A stretch of 64,000 bases of DNA from Lingula anatina (taxonomy: Eukaryota > Animalia > Brachiopoda): NCBI GenBank assembly GCA_051362555.1, contig CM120642.1, positions 29,078,001 through 29,142,000 on the forward strand, read 5' to 3'. A program made the translations under genes and the position numbers. This document shows, one piece after another, positions 60,680 through 64,000 of the stretch. How positions within the stretch are numbered: position 1 is the first letter of the stretch; every line of letters begins with the position of its first letter. The notes below the pieces were generated by a model, which was given only the letters and a program-made list of their open reading frames with translations, did no database searches and had not been told where the DNA came from.

Positions 60680-63600
60680 ATGATGGATATGTCAGGATTG
60701 TTCCTGTCCAGCGTGTACAGATCTTGGGGTAAGTGTTTCTTTTTTTTTTTTTTTTTTTTGTCTCTTCTATTTTTTTTATTAATGTTTTTTATTATTATTT
60801 GTATGTTCTGTTTGTCTTTTTCCCCTATCTCAGCAAATTGAACCCCAACTGTATAATCTGTATAATTTCAAACTTTGTCCTGCATTATCAGATATCCGGC
60901 CCCCTCTGTTAACGGCAAAACCTAGGGGTGTGGGAAGAAAGTGGAAGATACTGCTACACAATAATTTTAAAACGCTGCTGGCAACTAACACTAAATGTCA
61001 TCAGTTATCTAATTGTTCATCTTTTTTCCGTGTTTTGGCAGCACAGACACGTAGAAAGAGGAGCAGTGACCTATAAATAATAAACTAAAAAAAAAAAGAA
61101 AAGACAAGTAATATGTTTCTCTATTTGAATCTTTTCGTTTATTTATTTATTTATCAATTAATCTATTTTCGTTTTTTTAATCAAATTTTTTTCTTATCAG
61201 CCATATGTTTGTTCATTATAGTAGACAATGAAAGGACACAATCATTTAAAGAAGAGGCTGGACCTAAAGCTGAAACGCCGGAAAACCCTTTCTGTATGGT
61301 AGCGGCTATTGACTTTGGAACCACATTTAGCGGCTATGCTTACTCTTTTACCTCCAACGAAAGCGACATCTATATTAACGCCAACTGGGGAGCAAGTGTC
61401 GGTCAACAGCTCTACCGGACGCCAACTACGGTGTTAATCAGCCCGGATCAATCTGAGGTCAGCTGATGCCCTTTTTTTTTATTAATTCTTTACTTTGGAT
61501 GAAGATAAATTTTGACTGTTTTAAATGATATAGGCCTATTTATTGAATTGAAGATAATGATAATGATCATGCTAGTGATCATGTTCTGCAAGTAGATATT
61601 TGCGAATTTTAATTTTAAAACTTAACTTTTTAACTTTTAAAAAGTACCAATTATTAGGAAAATCTACAGTATATCCTACATAATACATAATATAAATGAA
61701 TACAGTGTATATTGTAATGTGAGGCCAAAGGGAAATAATAATTTTCCAGACAATCATCAATAATCTTATCCTGCAGTTTTACTTACGTAATTGATATGCT
61801 GACGTTTTCTTTCTTATAATTCTATGAAAAATCTACAATCAGAAGTCAAAACTCTTTTTTTATGTTCAAAAGGCATATTTTGGATTCGAAGCGCAGCAGA
61901 AGTTTCTTGAAGAATTAGAGCCAGAGGAGGTTTCAGAGTGGTACCTGTTTGAGCGGTTCAAAATGAAGCTAAATGCAGAATTGGTAAAACATGTTTTTTT
62001 ACCTAAAGATGCTATCGTACTCTACAAAAGATTTGAATTTTATTTAAAAACGGCTATAGTATACTTCATCGTCTGTCAATATTCCATTGCTTGGAACTCT
62101 CCTATACATGTATATGTACATTTACTTTGAAATTAATTTTTATTCAAGGCAATCGTGCAAGCATTGAGATACAGATAAATTTATTTGAGAACCGTATGTT
62201 TCAGGAGATAAACCCCAGAACAACAATGCTTCAGGCCGATAACGGAAAATCTCTCCCTGCTCAAGTAGTCTTTTCCCATGCAATTAGGTTGCTTAAAGAG
62301 CACTTGCTTGAGTCACAAAAACAGTCCGTCTTGGCTACAGAGGTATTGTGGGTGATCACAGTGCCCTCTGTCTGGTCAGATCAAGCCAAAGAGTTTATGC
62401 GGCTATCTGCAATAAAGGTAGGCTACCCAACAAGGCCTTTAGTAGAATCATTTGACCTTAATAGTCCACTAGTATATTTATTAAAAATTTTGGATCAAAA
62501 AAACGTGTCACATATACAGAGTAGAAAAAGTTACATTACAATTCCTCAGATTATTTTGCGGTGACACATATTCTCTCATGCAATTCGGGTACTCCATTAG
62601 TCTTAAAGAATTTTAAAAAATTTACCCTCTCTCTAGGCAGGTATTCCGCGAGAACAGCAGTTAATCGCATACGAGCCAGAAGCGGCGTCTCTGTATTATC
62701 TGAAACAGTGCAAACAGACGCCGCAGAGAAATCCTGCTGGCACCGTGTCGCTTGACATCAACAAACCCGGAGTTACATTTATGGTCGCCGATCTGGGGGG
62801 TAAAGTATTTGCATATAATTCTTCAGGAATAACATACCTCTATGGCTTCTTAATTTATTGACGACTTAAGACACGTAATGAAGCAAGGTCAAAATAAACA
62901 GAAAAAACAAGTCAAGAAGGCCTATTTCAGTTTCACATTAAAAAGGCCGATTAGAGTACAGTCTGACGTAGGCTTCACAGTATTTAATCAATATGTTTTG
63001 GGATAAAACAGGATAATATCATAACTCTCGTTTCCAGGCGGGACAGCGGACATCACAGTCCAAGAGATTGACCGAACTACCTTAAAACCTAAAATTCTGA
63101 GCAGGCCCACAGGGGGACCGTGGGGAGGAGACGCCGTGAATGTGGAGTTTGAAAAACTTCTGGATTCGGTATTTGGAAAAGAAAAAATGGGTATTTGTAT
63201 TATGCATGCTAATGTCATTTCTGTAACATATTAAACCAGTTTAAAATGTGTTTCATTTCATTTAGGTTTCGTTGTGGTAATTTACCATTAAATAAAGGTA
63301 TTCAAAATATTCCGCCAACCATACCCCGTACATGTATACATGTATGTATTTGCAAGATTTTAAAGCAGGGGTTTTTATGACTTTTTATTACTTTCTACAC
63401 TTTTTCATATTATCAATATAATTTCTAGATAAAATGCGGAGATTTGGCCAAAATACCTTTGTAGACTACGAGGTCAATTTCTAATTTTCAGATGGCTTCC
63501 GCGCCTTGCACCCAGATCATTGGCATCGCATCATCAGAGAATTTGAAATCAAGAAACGAACTCTATCGCCAGTCAAGCAAGTTCCAACTCGTCTAGTGTT

Positions 63601-64000
63601 TCCTGCAGGTTTTCTCTCCTATGCTAGCTCTCACCAGATGTCACTTGCCGAATCATGTAACATGTACGAACCAAAAGGAGCTTTAACGTGGAGCATCGAT
63701 AAAATTCGCATTTCTAGTGACGTCATGCGAGGACTTTTCGAGCGTACAATTAAAGCAATTTCCAATCACTTGTTGGAGTTCATAACAACAAATGAGAACA
63801 ATATATCTTTCCTTGTTCTTGTTGGCGGATTTTCAGACTGTCCTTTACTGCAGGAAGCAATTACGGAAAGGTTCAAAGGTCGTTTGAAGGTCATTACACC
63901 AGGCAATGATGGCGGTTTGTGTGTTGTAAAGGGGGCGGTAGTGTATGGACAAAACCCCGCCATATTCAAACAGCGCGTTGCTGGCTATACGTATGGCATC
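60680..64000 (+). CDS. Heat shock 70 kDa protein 12 (HSPA12)-like atypical Hsp70 (partial; continues beyond right edge)
   Basis: Exons 60680-60728 (tentative), 61225-61457 (VAAIDFGTTFSGYAYSF), 61873-61983 (WYLFERFKMKL), 62205-62417 (WVITVPSVWSDQAKEFMR), 62637-62799 (IAYEPEAAS...VADLGG), 63038-63190 (GTADIT...GGPWGG), 63492-64000+ (FEIKKR...LVGGFSDCPLLQ...VVKGAVVYG...YTYGI). These are HSPA12-family motifs. Confidence 0.95.

Overview
Eukaryotic, AT-rich, intron-containing DNA from an invertebrate animal. The gene content (HSPA12, MIEAP-type domain, PAN+fibrinogen genes) suggests a lophotrochozoan such as a mollusc; this is inference. I assembled ten genes by hand from splice sites and reading frames. 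(1) ALG8 on the minus strand, exons 1-7, running off the left edge and carrying a U12-type intron. (2-3) A convergent pair of membrane-anchored GH13 alpha-glucosidase-like genes: one has an intact catalytic triad, the other is an intact ORF with all three catalytic residues substituted. (4-5) Two paralogous, largely disordered proteins of unknown family, each with one coding exon, plus a decayed third fragment. (6-8) Three tandem secreted PAN/apple + fibrinogen-C genes whose differences concentrate in the predicted ligand-binding subdomain. (9-10) A MIEAP/SPATA18-like coiled-coil gene lying head-to-head with an HSPA12-type Hsp70 gene that runs off the right edge. The most interesting hypothesis is that the MIEAP-like C-terminus resembles a GrpE head, which would make this divergent pair a candidate dedicated Hsp70 + co-chaperone module. 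Several MITE-like elements, including a 257-bp near-perfect palindrome, and microsatellites are also present. Family assignments come from recognised motifs, not from database searches.
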